In this document: positions 11,796 through 26,114 of the stretch, piece after piece
Numbering within the stretch: position 1 is the stretch's first letter
How the letters are laid out: each line of letters begins with the position of its first letter
From: Octopus vulgaris
Lineage: Eukaryota
Reading direction: 5' to 3'
Assembly (NCBI GenBank): GCA_951406725.2
Contig: OX597827.1
Location: forward strand, 66,960,001 to 67,024,000
DNA: 64,000 nucleotides
Translations under genes and position numbers: made by a program
Notes under the pieces: generated by a model
Database searches by the model: none
Seen by the model: the letters and a program-made list of their open reading frames with translations, nothing else
Told to the model about the DNA's origin: nothing

Positions 11796-13372
11796 CCTTG
11801 AGCTTCCTTGCAGCTGGCAAACTTCCAAGACAACTGAAGGAAGGTAAAATATACCCCATTCATAAAGGAGGTAGGAGAGCGGAAGCCAAGAACTATAGAC
11901 CTATCTCTCTGACCTCACACATCAGCAAGGTCATGGAACGAATAGTCAGAAGGAAGCTGATCACCTTCCTTGAAGAAAATGACTTGCTGCCCGACACCCA
12001 ACATGGTTTCCGACCAGGGAGAAGCTGTTTACCTCAGCTCCTACAACACTATGACTGGGTGCTGAAACGGCTGCTCAACCACTCAAATGTGGAAGTGATA
12101 TATCTCGACTTTGCAAAGGCCTTTGATAAAGTCGATCATGGAATGATATGTCACAAACTGCGTGATCTCAACAAAGTTGGAAAACTGGGAGAATGGCTTC
12201 ATGACTTTCTGAAAGATAGAAGTCAGGTGGTAGTGGCCAATGGGGCCACTTCCATTAACACGCAAATAGTGAGCGGTGTTCCGCAGGGCACTGTTCTGGG
12301 ACCACTACTGTTCATAATGGCCCTCTCAGACATGCCCTCAGCCACGCAGAGAGCCACGATCACAAGTTATGCAGATGATACAAAAGTTTCACAGGCAATA
12401 CAGAACCCTGAGGACACTAAACACCTGCAATGTGAGCTAGACAAAATATACAAGTGAGCCGAAAAGAATAGCATGCAGTTCAATGCTGAAAAGTTTCAAA
12501 CTCTATACTATCAGCATGCAAAACTAAATGCAATACACAATGAATACACTGGACCCGGAGGAATAGCAATCCCAGAGGCACAATCAGTGCGTGACCTAGG
12601 TATTTACATGAGTGATGACGCGACCTTTCGTGTACATGTTGCTAAATTAGCAATGAAATGTAGACGACTGGCCGGATGGATCCTCAGAACCTTTAGAACA
12701 AGAGAACAAGAAACCATGATGGTCCTCTGGAGGACACTTGTCCTAAGCCACTTTGACCACTGCTCTCAGTTATGGTCACCATCCAGTGTCAAGTTGATCA
12801 CAGAGCTCGAGGCGATCCAACGTAGCTACACGAAGAAGATAGCCTCTATGCAGAATGTAAGCTACTGGGAAAGACTCAGGAAATTAAAATTATATTCCCT
12901 GGAGCGTAGGCGGGAAAGATATGCCATAATATACATCTGGAACATCCTGGAGGGAAGTGTCCTGAACTTTGGCATCGAGAGTTACGCAAATGCCAGAACT
13001 GGGCGCCACTGCGTGGTGCCTAGGACTCCAAACTTGCCATCAAGATGTAGGACAAGATTCTGTGATAGCCTGGGCTTCCGAGGCCCACAGCTCTTCAATA
13101 TCCTCCCGAAGAACCTGAGAGACCTGCATGGGGTGGATACAGATGTCTTTAAAATGAAGCTGGATCTCTTCCTGTCAGGTGTCCCAGATGAACCAACTTC
13201 ACGGCAGGAGGGGCAGATGAGGGCAGCTGCATCGAACTCTCTCATGCACCAAATAGCAATTGCTAGAAAGCCTTCATGAAGTGAAACCAAGTAGCAACAC
13301 CAAATGGCGGTGCCCCAGCATGGCCACAGCTCATAAGCTGAAACTGGAAAAATCAAAATCAAAATCAAAATC
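11791..13372 (+). mobile_element. 5'-truncated CR1-group LINE; RT ORF with a single nonsense codon (TGA 12455-12457, probably Trp); (AAAATC)n tail
   Basis: NYRPISLTS, QHGFRPGRSC, YLDFAKAFDKV, SGVPQGTVLGPLLF, YADDTK, SLERRRER; ORFs 11483-12457 and 12473-13279 are in the same frame. Confidence 0.95.
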
Positions 13373-13879
13373 ATATATACATATATATATATAGATAGAT
13401 AGATACATGCATACATACATACATACATACATACATACATACATACATACATAATACATACATACATACATACATACATACATACATACATACATACATA
13501 CATACATACATACATACATACATACATACATGCATTCATGTATGTATGGCAGAACTGATAGTGAAAACTTCCATTTCTTCTCTTATATGTGTATTTCAAT
13601 GACCCTCACGAAGATATTCTCAAATATATAACAACCACATATTTAAATTTGAGTATTAAATGAATCGAGTTAAACGTGATCTGAAGGCTATTTTATCGTT
13701 GGTTCTTGATTAAATTACTTGAATATTAGTTTCCATTACAAAAATCGGGGTCAGTCCCAGAGGGGGCATGTCCAGCACATCGACAAAAGAACTGAGACAA
13801 AACTAGCTGATTGACTGACAGACCAAACGATGAAACAAACAAACGATTAATTAATGGGTTAAATGGCTAATTAGTTCAC

Positions 13880-14230
<351 letters not shown>

Positions 14231-14453
14231 AAGGTATTTTGTTCTTATCTGCATAATGGCACTCCCAAGGCAAACCAGAATTACCATTTCTTTGAATTAT
14301 CATGCGTACACACAGTTTAAAATTAAGCACTCAAACACACGCACACACACACACTATGGTTTCCATGCCAAACTGAGTGTCAACGGAATTCATTTACTGT
14401 AAAAGTCATTGTGACTTTTGTTGCTTTCGTTTTTAATTGTTATTTTCGAGTTG

Positions 14454-14520
<67 letters not shown>

Positions 14521-14521
14521 G

Positions 14522-14736
14522 TTTTTACTCTCTTACTTGTTTCAGTCAATTTGACTGCGGCCACATGCCGCAGCATCGCCTTTAGTCGAGCGAATCGACC
14601 CCAGGACATTCTTTGTAAGCGTAGTACGTGTTCTATCAGTCTCTTTCGCTGAACAGCTAAGTTACGGGAATGTAAACACACTAGCATCAGTTGTCAAGCG
14701 ACGTTGGGGGAGGACACAGACACATAAACACACACA

Positions 14737-14808
<72 letters not shown>

Positions 14809-14966
14809 CATATTTACGACGTGCTTCTTTCAGTTTCCGCCTACCAAATCCACTCACAAGTCTGGTCGGCCCGAGGCTATAGTAGAAGATACTTGCCCAA
14901 GATACCACGACTGAACTCAGAACCATGTGGTTGGTAAGCAATTTACTTACCACACAGCCATTCCTG
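14522..14966 (-). mobile_element. SINE family A copy
   Basis: Homology to family A. Confidence 0.85.
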
Positions 14967-15199
14967 TATACATATATATATATTGTTTATCAATCACTTT
15001 GAGCGAAACGTTATGTTATGGGTGTAGAATCAAACAAGCACCAGTTGTAAAATGGTGTTCGGCGACAGTCAGAGATACGAAATGTCACAAGCGTAAACCG
15101 CGCGCGCACATACCCATACAAATATATACACACATATGTGTTCTAAGCTGCGACCCTGACTTTCGTCAGAAAATATCTTCATTCCAGTATCAAGGCCTT

Positions 15200-15430
15200 G
15201 ATAAGAGGTGAAGACGATTGCCGTGGATGATCAAAATGTTACCTGTAACACATTGCGCTCTGTAATTCACAATGCTTTGCAGCATCTGCCTTTTTGTCCG
15301 TTCAGCCATGATGATTTCTACCGAAGCGGTCGCCAAATCCAGTTTCCACATGCGTATATACGTAGGCGAGCACTAAATCACCAAGTATTATATAATCGAT
15401 AGCTTGCCTGATTTGATTTAGTTCGTCATT
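15200..15430 (-). pseudogene. Possible highly decayed LINE AP-endonuclease fragment
   Basis: Minus strand DYIILGD(F)SAR...NGQ resembles the APE motif IILGDFNA; frameshifted. Confidence 0.35.
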
Positions 15431-15899
15431 CGAGGCGACTTAAAGGGATGTGATCACACAGTTGCATTGTAAATTGCTACAGGTGAACTACGGGTGAGAA
15501 CAGGGTGGAGAACAAAGGGAAGGGACAACCCTTCAGAAGTGTTCCGCCTTCAAAATTACTGCCTATACACACTGAAATACAAACACGCGCACACAGAAAC
15601 ACACACACAGATGCCCACGCACGCACAAACAGACACACGCATATACACACACGCACATTCACACACACGCACACAAATGCATACTCACACACGCACATGC
15701 ATAATCACACACGCACACAAACAGACATACACACACGCATACACTCGCGCATGCACACACACACATTGGATTGTTACATAAATTTGTCGTTTCTTTTCAA
15801 TGACATTTGAATTAAACCAGAAAAATACTTTTAGCGTCGTGTTTTAGGTTTTTTACGGTTCATTTCTTTCTCAACAATTTTTGTCTATCGTGTTGAGAT

Positions 15900-16200
15900 T
15901 TGCATAAATCTTACCTATTTTCAGACATATGAAGGTGGAGTACCGTGAAGAGAAAGTAAACGTATTCGAAACCTGCTTCTGCTAATTTTCAATCGAGATT
16001 CCAAACCGGCCAAATATTTGGAATAAAAGAACTTCACAGAAATTGTTCTAAAGCTTGATGAATACTTCGAGGTAAGACACACTGATTTCTGCACTCGTGG
16101 CATTCACAAGATTACTAATGTTGGTAAGAAGTCTTGAACAATGATGGAAATTATATCATGGACTGATTTGTTAGAATCGTTATGGGAAAATATGGATAAA
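15900..16200 (+). pseudogene. Mariner transposase C-terminal remnant
   Basis: DEYFEVRHTDFCTRGIHKI / CW*EVLNNDGNYIMD* resembles FYxRGIxKLxxRWxKVxxNDGxYI. Confidence 0.65.
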
Positions 16201-16569
16201 ATAAATGAAAAAAGAGCCAGAAATCTACCGCACAGCCTAATAAGTATTTGTGTATATGTATGCATATATGTATGTATGTGATTATTCAGTTTTATTTCAA
16301 GGTTTCTTGCCAACAAAGAAAGAGTCAGTTTCTAACTCAAATCCAAGGCTCCTCCATTGGAATTTAAACAACATGGCAAGCTCGAACTTTTATAGGTGCA
16401 GGAGAAGCTGTGTGGTAAATAGCTTGAGTAGCAACCACATAGTTCCGTGTTCATTCTCACTACGTGGCACCTTGGGCTAGTGTCTTCTACTATAGCCACG
16501 GGCCAACACTTGCCCAAGGTACCAAGCAATGATACAGAACCAAGATCATGTGTGGCACAGAACCAGCCT

Positions 16570-16655
<86 letters not shown>

Positions 16656-16656
16656 T

Positions 16657-17155
16657 TATAAAGTGGATTGTATGTTGTCACCTTAATGTGACAGTGCCAT
16701 GAAAGGGAGGAATGTTATTGCTATTTAGCCCTAGGAAAGACCGTTTCCTGTTGGCCTTGACACATTTCCTGTTTTCTTATGTTTTCAAAAGGGAGATAAG
16801 CACCTCCACCCAGCAAAGCCAGCTTTCAGAGACTTGTTTCAGAGTCATTGCTCATCATCAGTTTGGAATAGCTGGCGATGCCTATTCGCCTTTGAAAACA
16901 TATATATATTTCAAGTGAAATACATTCACTGATTTCGTAAATAGAAATAATACATTTCTAAATATCTCTGAGAGATTTATACAGTAGCAGCACGATAAAA
17001 GTAAAGACACAGGAAATGTGTCAAGGCCAATAGGAAACGGTGTTTCCTAGAGCTAAATAGCAGTAACATTCTTCGCTTTCATGGGAACTGTCACATTAAG
17101 TTTACGATATATCATCAATTTTTCCTGCTGCTACTTTATAAATCTTTCATAGATG
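16657..17155. mobile_element. Inverted-repeat element with a degenerate HHR (16824-16868, minus)
   Basis: ~16680-16775 is the reverse complement of ~17005-17100; CUGAUGA-U-GAG..CUC-U-GAAAC-AA-GUC on the minus strand. Confidence 0.55.
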
Positions 17156-17916
17156 TACATATAAAGTCAGTAATGGGAGCGTGTGTGTGTGTATGTGTGT
17201 GTGTGTGCGTGCGTGTGTGTGCGTGTTTATGTGTGTGTGAGTGTGTTTGTGTATACAAATGGTGTAAGTCTCATATTATAATCGCTGATACTGTTATCAA
17301 ACAGTTCTTTAATTCAAATTGATATAGTTTTAGTAAGGTTCCACGGATGCAAATGAAATTTTTTATATCTGCTTAATGTCATCAGTCGTATATTCTTATC
17401 TGGTCCATCTAAGTCAAGATCTTTAATCTCAATATTCATCGATCACTGAATGTTTATATAAATAAATGGTTCCCAAACAAGCACACACACATATTAATAT
17501 ACATAAACACACACACACACACACATACTAATGTACATTAACACATACACAAGCACAATCACAGACACACACACACACACAGAGTTTTTATAGTGAGCTG
17601 AGAGTGAAATCTTAGAAATGTGAGTGATATAGTGAGTTGCCTCATAGCTGTGAACCTTATACTCATATGGGTTTGTTTGAGAGTATGTGCGTGCACGTGT
17701 GAGTAGGTGTGTGCGCAGGCGCATTCGATTCAGTTCTTAGAATATAGTAGACACTGCTACTAGTGTCAATTCTTCTTTTAGCCGGTATGTTTAGTGGAAT
17801 TTCTCATTTCTCTTGGGGAATATGAGGAAAAAAAGTGGACCGTTTGCAGTGTTTAATGAAGATAACGACTTTTGTTGATCATCTTCACATTATTCACATA
17901 CGTACGTGTAAATAAA

Positions 17917-17960
<44 letters not shown>

Positions 17961-17972
17961 GATAGATACATT

Positions 17973-18021
<49 letters not shown>

Positions 18022-18159
18022 TAACATCGTCCTATGAAGGACTACCACGTTGCTTTGGCAAATAGATTTTATTTATATGAATATATGCATATATATCTTT
18101 GTGAGTGTATGCGTTTGTATATATGGGTATGCATACACACATACACATCTACACATACA

Positions 18160-18194
<35 letters not shown>

Positions 18195-18310
18195 TTTATT
18201 TAAAGCAGCAGAAAATTCAACAAAACCTGTTACTCTGTGTCTCACGTTCACGTTCGTCGGTATTTGAGTACTCTTTTTTCTACGTTGTTTCACATTTATG
18301 TGTTTACTCC

Positions 18311-18446
<136 letters not shown>

Positions 18447-18469
18447 GCAATGAAAGAGCGGGAGAGAGA

Positions 18470-18520
<51 letters not shown>

Positions 18521-19071
18521 GCAGAGATGTTTGCGGGTATGTGTGAATACTGAAAATAAGTATTTGCTTGTGAACAATATGTGTGTGGAGAATATAATAC
18601 TTATATAATAAACTACATTCTACAAAGTGCAGAGTTATCTTATTCGCAACACAAAACGATGCATTGTGTAGGTATATATATATTTATCATTTGAAAATTT
18701 TACAGTCTACACTTTTCCTGCCAGAGGCTGCGCTGGTCTCGACAAAGTCTTCAACAGGTCAGCCTGGGGCGAACCTCCGAATAGAATTAGCAAAACTATA
18801 CATACAGATAGTTATACACACACACCTTTGTATACATTAACCTGCGAACACAGGAGCGTGTGTATGTGCGTATAAATGTGTGTGTGTGTTATCGTGTCAA
18901 AGTTAACTGCTTTCTTGTATATGTGTGTGCGTGTGTGTGTATGAATAAGATTATGATGTTCTTATATACAATATATTCATATATACAAACAGACATTAAT
19001 GCGTAAGTAAACAAATATAATCATACATACATACATGCATACATACATACATACATACATACATACATACA

Positions 19072-19146
<75 letters not shown>

Positions 19147-19148
<2 letters not shown>

Positions 19149-19370
19149 CAATATAGTTAATCCAATCATGAAAACACAAAGAGAAAACTCAACAACGCGA
19201 GGACGTGGAGCAAGTATGATGTTATTGGACGCTGAGGAAAGGAAAGAAAGAAGGAGGACTTAACGTTTCGAGCGGAGCCCTTCGTCAGAAACATAGAAAA
19301 AGGAAATATCCAAGGAAGGGAAGACAGAGGGGAAAAAAATCACCAACGATACACACGCGGTAACATATTG
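19147..19370 (-). mobile_element. Penelope-like pLTR fragment with a minimal HHR (19258-19292), ending in (TA)n
   Basis: Minus strand: ttt-CTGACGA-agggctccgctc-GAAACGTT-aag. Confidence 0.65.
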
Positions 19371-19427
19371 AACATACGTACATACACGCGCATTGACACA
19401 TACGTGCACAGACACGCGCCGACATAC

Positions 19428-19763
19428 GAGCAAATCGACCCCAGGATTTATTCTTTGTAAGCCCAGTACTTATTCTATCGGTGTCTATTGCCGAACCGCT
19501 AAGTTATGGGGACGAAGACACACCTGCATCGGTTGTCAAGCGATGTTGGGGGGGGACGAACACAGACACACAAACAGACACACGCACGCACATACATGTA
19601 GATATGTACGACAGGCTTCTTTCAGTTTCTGGCTACCAATTGTACTCACAAGGCATTAGTCGGCCTGAGGCTATACTAGAAGACATCTGCCCAAGGCGCC
19701 ACACGCAGTGGGACTGAATCAGGTACCATGTGGTTCGTAACCAAGCTACTTACCACACAGCCG
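19428..19763 (-). mobile_element. SINE family A copy (tail missing)
   Basis: Homology to family A. Confidence 0.85.
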
Positions 19764-20042
19764 CATTTAATCACAGTTTTAGATCGAAGGGATGTATTAG
19801 AGGCACCGCAAATTCAGTAGCGCCTATTCAGGTAATGATGAACATCAAATACGAAATTAGATTCTTTACGTGTCTGTCTACCAAATCGACTCAAAGGCAT
19901 TGGTCGGCCCGCCGGCAACAGCAGAAGGTATTTGCTGAAGTTACTACGTAGTCAGGCTGAACCCGCAACAATATGGTTGCGAAGCAAAATTCTTACAACG
20001 AACTCAGCCAGGCCTGTGCCTGCAAGTGTATGTTATTTGTAT

Positions 20043-20432
20043 GTGGAGGCGCAATGGCCCAGTGGTTAGGGCAGCGGATTCGCGGTCGTAGGATCGCGGT
20101 TTCGATTCCCAGACCGGGCGTTGTGAGTGTTTATTGAACGAAAACACATAAAAGCTCCACGAGGCTCTGGCAGTGGGTGGTGGTGATCCCTGCTGTACTC
20201 TTCTTTCACCACAACTTTCTCTCACTCTTACTTCCTGTTTCTGTTGTACCTGTATTTCAAGGGGCCGGCCTTGTCACTCTCTGTGTCACGCTGAATATCC
20301 CCGAGAACTACGTTAAGGGTACACGTGTCTGTGGAGTGCTCAGCCACTTACACGTTAATTTCACGAGCAGGCTGTTCCGTTGATTCGGATCAACCGGAAC
20401 CCTCATCGTCGTAACCGACGGAGTGCTTCCAT
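20043..20432 (+). mobile_element. SINE family C (head ggaggcgcaatggcccagtggttagggcagcgg...ggtttcgattccc), tail a
   Basis: A/B-box-like motifs; homologues at 22757, 49479, 59224, 60713; flanking gttatttg direct repeat. Confidence 0.88.
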
Positions 20433-20779
20433 CCACGTTATTTGCATATGATATATGTGCATAATGTAAGCGTGTGTTATGTGTGTGTGTATATATATAT
20501 ATGTATGTGTATATATATATATATGTGTATGTGTGTGAGTTTGTATGTGTATTTCCCTTTTTCTAATTAAATATTTTAAGCGACCTGGGATGCTCTTCCT
20601 GCTTTGGTTTTGTTATCAATATATACCTAATGATTCAGACGCCTACCATGGATCCCTTGTACCAGCTTCAGCAGGGAGCTTGAACCGAACGGATACCTAT
20701 TGGTTTAGATCACCAGTGAACTAAGCCCTTCATATTCTCTCTCTCCCACTCTCATTCTCTCTCAATCTATCTCTATCTC

Positions 20780-20831
<52 letters not shown>

Positions 20832-20919
20832 TCCCGGGTTGAGTCGGGGTTAACCACAGTAAATAAGGTACTCAATACATAGCTGAGTAAATTAATTTAT
20901 TTTATAGAACTTCTATAAA

Positions 20920-20958
<39 letters not shown>

Positions 20959-20962
<4 letters not shown>

Positions 20963-21066
20963 CCTACTCGATTAGCCAGCGGGGTGGCGTCATTCGAAGG
21001 CTAAAACAATGCGAACGCATTGTGACCAGCGATGTGTAACAACATCTGATGGTCTGGTCGGTCACG
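20959..21066 (+). mobile_element. Solo tail b of SINE family C (or the 3' end of its partner LINE) within (TA)n
   Basis: Matches the reverse complement of 22760-22875. Confidence 0.75.
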
Positions 21067-21084
21067 AAAAAAATATATATATAT

Positions 21085-21322
21085 AATCAAAATAAGCAAC
21101 AAGAATAACTCCGGTAATTTGGTACGATCAATTCGCACTACATCATTTTATTAAATGTTGTAAGTATTACTTACACACACACCACACATACATGTAGATA
21201 TGTACGACAGGCTTCTTTCAGTTTCCGTGTATGTATTACTTACAACATTTAATAATATGATGTAGTGCGAAGCGATCGTACCAAATTACCGGAGTTTTTC
21301 TTGTTGTTTATTTTGATTATAA
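21085..21322. repeat. Fold-back element (~85-bp inverted arms) with an insert at its apex
   Basis: taatcaaaataagcaacaag...taagtattac pairs with gtattactta...cttgttgtttattttgatta. Confidence 0.85.
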
Positions 21323-21418
21323 TCACCCCATGGATTTATATGGATAACACCATACAGAATTCTGGTGCATCTAACTTAAGTATCATATTCATTTGAATCT
21401 CTCTCTCTATATATATAT

Positions 21419-21755
21419 ATAGGCACAAGAGCGGATGTGTGGTAAGTAGTTTGCTTTCCAATTACACCGGTCTGGATTCAGTCCCACAGCGTGGCACCTT
21501 GGGCAAATGTCTTCTACTATAGTCTCGGTGTAGTTGGTAGATGGAAACTGAAAGGAAACCGTCCATCCCTCCACCATCACTTGACAACCGATGCTGGTGT
21601 ATTTTCGTCACCGTACCTTAACGTTTCGGAGAAAAGAGACTGATGGAATATGTACTAGGCTTACAAAGAATAAATCCTGGGGTCGATTTGTTCGACTAAA
21701 GGCGGTACTCCAGCATGGCCACACTCAAGTAAGCAAGTCAAAGAATAAAAGAGTA

Positions 21756-21756
<1 letters not shown>
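21419..21756 (+). mobile_element. SINE family A copy (internally deleted)
   Basis: Homology to family A. Confidence 0.8.
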
Positions 21757-21819
<63 letters not shown>

Positions 21820-21821
<2 letters not shown>

Positions 21822-21952
21822 TTCTGTTGAAGAGCGTAGGCTCGAAACGTAAAATACTTGTTTTATTTATATTCCTGAGCGCCATACTAATACAATTGTT
21901 TGTTTATATTCCACCTGCCTTCGTCTTTTGTTTATTTTCATAAAGCTTCCCG

Positions 21953-21954
<2 letters not shown>
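21820..21954 (+). mobile_element. Penelope-like 3' fragment with a minimal HHR variant, between (TA)n arrays
   Basis: ttt-CTGTTGA-agagcgtaggctc-GAAACGTA-aaa; homologous to 37463-37601 on the minus strand. Confidence 0.65.
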
Positions 21955-22004
<50 letters not shown>

Positions 22005-22093
22005 TAATTAAGGGCTAAAGAGGGTTTACTGCCCACGCTTCCCGATGGATTCCTTTTCTGTAGAGAAAAGGACTTAATCCTATATTGTTAGTA

Positions 22094-22144
<51 letters not shown>

Positions 22145-22154
22145 CATATATATA

Positions 22155-22715
22155 TACAAATGAGGGTGAGCACTAGAGTCGACCACATACTGGTTAATCT
22201 CTCATATTTATGTATAAATTTATATATTGTATCCCTGGTTTTTATGTGCTAAGCCACTTGGTGATAAATTGATGGTATTATTGAATTAATACTAACTTAT
22301 TCACCCTCATTTGTAAATTTAATTATACTGCAGTAAATAGTTTATGCAGTATTCGTTTCCAGAAGTCTTATCACACTTTTGGCGGGGGAATTTGAATCAT
22401 AGCTGCAAATACAATCGATTGAACCGCACGTGCGTCTCACGCTGCATCAAAATTTAACGTGCGATTTAATAAATTGCATTTTAGACAAACTTCTGCTGAA
22501 GAATTATAGATATTATGTAAGTAAAATTGCATATTACATTAATAATGAAACAATTGTCCAGAGTTAATCTATTTTTTCGTTATTCTTCACTTGCCCTACG
22601 TTAAATGTTGTGTTATTTCTCCTTGGAAACAATTTTTAGTGGCTATGCCATAGCGGATCTATTTTTAGCACTAGAGTAGACCACATAGTGGTTACTCTCT
22701 CATATTTATGTATAT
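22155..22715 (+). mobile_element. Terminally redundant (498-bp period) HHR-bearing element in (TA)n
   Basis: agcactagagt..ctctcatatttatgtata at 22169 and 22667; internal HHR; 15-bp inverted piece at the 5' junction. Confidence 0.75.
22488..22565 (+). ncRNA. Type I hammerhead ribozyme
   Basis: AACU(U)CUG-CUGAAGA-AUUAU..AUAAU-GAAAC-AAUU-GUC^CAGAGUU. Confidence 0.8.
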
Positions 22716-22756
22716 ATATATATATACCTAATATATACCTATATATATATATAAAC

Positions 22757-23063
22757 CACGTGATCACGTGACCGACCAGACCATCAGATGTAGTTACACA
22801 TCGCTGGTCACAATGCGTTCGCATTGTTTTAGCCTTCGAATGACGCCACCCCGCTGGCTAAGCGAGCAGGCCGACAGAAGAAAGAGAGGGAGAAAGAGTA
22901 GTGAAAGAGTACACCAGGGATCACCCACCCCCCTGCCGAAGCCTCGTGGAGCCTTTTAGGTGTTTTCGCTCAATAAACACTCACAACGCCCGGTCTGGGA
23001 ATCGAAACCACGATCCTGCGACCGCAAGTCCGCTGCCCTAACCACTAGGCCATTGCGCCTCCA
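22757..23063 (-). mobile_element. SINE family C, tail b
   Basis: Homologous to 60713-61022. Confidence 0.88.
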
Positions 23064-23070
23064 AAAAAAT

Positions 23071-23192
<122 letters not shown>

Positions 23193-23715
23193 AACACACA
23201 CACTCACATGTGTGTGTGCGCGTGCGCTTGTATATAACTTTTTTCTTTATCTTTTAATTGTTTCAGTCATTAGACTGCAGCCATGCTGTGCATCGTCTCA
23301 AGAAACCTCAAGTGGAACTAATCGATCCCATAACTCATATATCTTTCTTTTTTACTTTTCCTCTTTTTTCTTATTTCTTTTTCTTACTTTTTTTTTGTTT
23401 CTAAGTCTGTAACTTATTTTGTCTTCTCTCTAAAGGAATTTACAACGAAACGCTACATTTCCGGGACGTAGACAAAGCAACACCGGATGTCAAACAGCTG
23501 AGGTGGTGGCCTAAACACAGACTAAAAGATATACACCCATATTTATAAATAAATAAATAAATAAATAAATAAATATAAAGTTTTTATTTTTATTCTCTTC
23601 CAAATTGCTCTTAAATGTGGTTTTGATCGTATTGACTGCTCCTTCAACTGTGTAAGGGTGCCCTGTTAAGAGTCGCCTCTTTTGTGTTTAAATGTACGCT
23701 AATTATATATATATA

Positions 23716-24126
<411 letters not shown>

Positions 24127-25459
24127 TCATACAACAGGCTTCTTTCAGTCTCCACTCACAAAGCTTTGCTTGGCCCCAGGCTTTAGTAGAACTCACGTGA
24201 ACAATGAGCCACGCAGTGGGGCTGAATATGGAACATGGAAGCTTGTGGCTGGGAAGCAAATTTCTTACCACACAGTCACGCCTGTATGTGTGTGTGTTTG
24301 TGTGTGTCTGTGTGTGTGGAAGAAATATTATCAACACATGCAATGAACTGTTTCCATGGAAACTTGTTGACACGAACGACAAGTTATTATGAGGGCGAGA
24401 GAGAAACTTTAAAAGAGAGTTTGAAATTCTGCGAAAAGAAATAAAGATAGAAGCCCCGAGGAGACGAGGTTATGACACGAGAGAGGTGTTGAGTGGAAGG
24501 GTGAAGACTTCAGCGCGAAATAAAATACAGATAAGCAAAGATAGCGAGAAGGAGGAAGAGTGAAGCGTAAAGAAAAGACGGAGGGACATGGAGGATGAGG
24601 GACAGAGAGAGAATACAAGAGGTAGACAGTGAGGATGGATAGAATGCAAGAGAGAAAGAGATACAAGCTTAGGAGGAATGCCTTGGAGTAAGAGAGAGTG
24701 TGTGGTGGGGAGTGTGTAAGAAATTGAGACAGAGAGAGAATGAAAGAGAAGGAAATATCGTTGTTAGAAGTTGTGAGACAGCAAGAACGTAAGAGAGACA
24801 GAGATGAAAAGTGAGTAGAAGGAAAAAGGAAACGGAGACGCGATATAGAGAGTATGGTAATCAGTGAGAGAGAGACAGACAGAGAGACAGAGAGAGAGAG
24901 AAGAGAGAGGGAATGATTATGTGTGTGTGTGCGTGTAAACTGTGTTTCTGCTTACTGTAAAAGATATGGGATCTATATAGAGAGAGAGATACAGGGAAAG
25001 GTAGTTAAGGGATTAGGTGATCTGAAGAATCCAGAAAAAGGGATAAGGTAATATATATAGATAGTAGTGAGAGAGAAAGAGAAAGAGACACGGAGAAAGA
25101 GAGGGTGATGGATAGAGGTAGAGAGAATGAGAAAGATGTAATGTGAGTGAGAGACAAAGCGTGTGTGCCTGTGTGTGTGTGTGTGTGTGAGTGTGTGAGT
25201 GCATATATCTCTCCGTTATATGCATGTGTTTGCTGTTGAGGGAGGATTATGGATTGAGTGAGAAGTGGAGATAGAGATATTGAGAAAGACAGATGTTAAA
25301 TAGTAAGAAAAACACACCGAAAGACCGATAAATAGAGAGAGAGGGAAGGTGAGAGTGTGAGAGTGTGAGGGAGAGAGTGTGAGGGAGAGAGAGAGAAACA
25401 ATTACGATGATGTATATATATGTGTGTGAGTGCGTGCGTATGTATAAACATACACACAC

Positions 25460-25530
<71 letters not shown>

Positions 25531-25596
25531 TATGTATATATAAAAATGTCTATATGTATGTATATATATATATTTATGTATGTATATATATATGTC

Positions 25597-25653
<57 letters not shown>

Positions 25654-25788
25654 GCATATATATAAATATATATATGTATACATGTATATAAATATATATA
25701 TATATATATATATACATACATGCATATAAATATATTTATATATATATGCCTATATATACATACACATATATATATATATATATGTATA

Positions 25789-25840
<52 letters not shown>

Positions 25841-25999
25841 CATACATACAAACATACATACATACATGAATATACATATATTAGTCGATCATCGTTTTTA
25901 TCTCCTCATAACTATAACGGTCTTTGTATATATAGTTCATTAATATATGGAAAACCCTTCGTTTTATTATCTAATTCATTAGCACACAGACACACGGAC

Positions 26000-26086
<87 letters not shown>

Positions 26087-26114
26087 CGCACAAATGTTAA
26101 TGAATTATTCTGTT

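Noticed and set aside
15121-15175. CUGACGA...AGAAC motif on the minus strand
   Set aside because: GAAA core broken and stem I poor; probably chance
20043-20115. tRNA-like sequences (also 35758, 59224 and others)
   Set aside because: They are SINE heads continuing into shared bodies; no convincing acceptor stem or stand-alone tRNA gene
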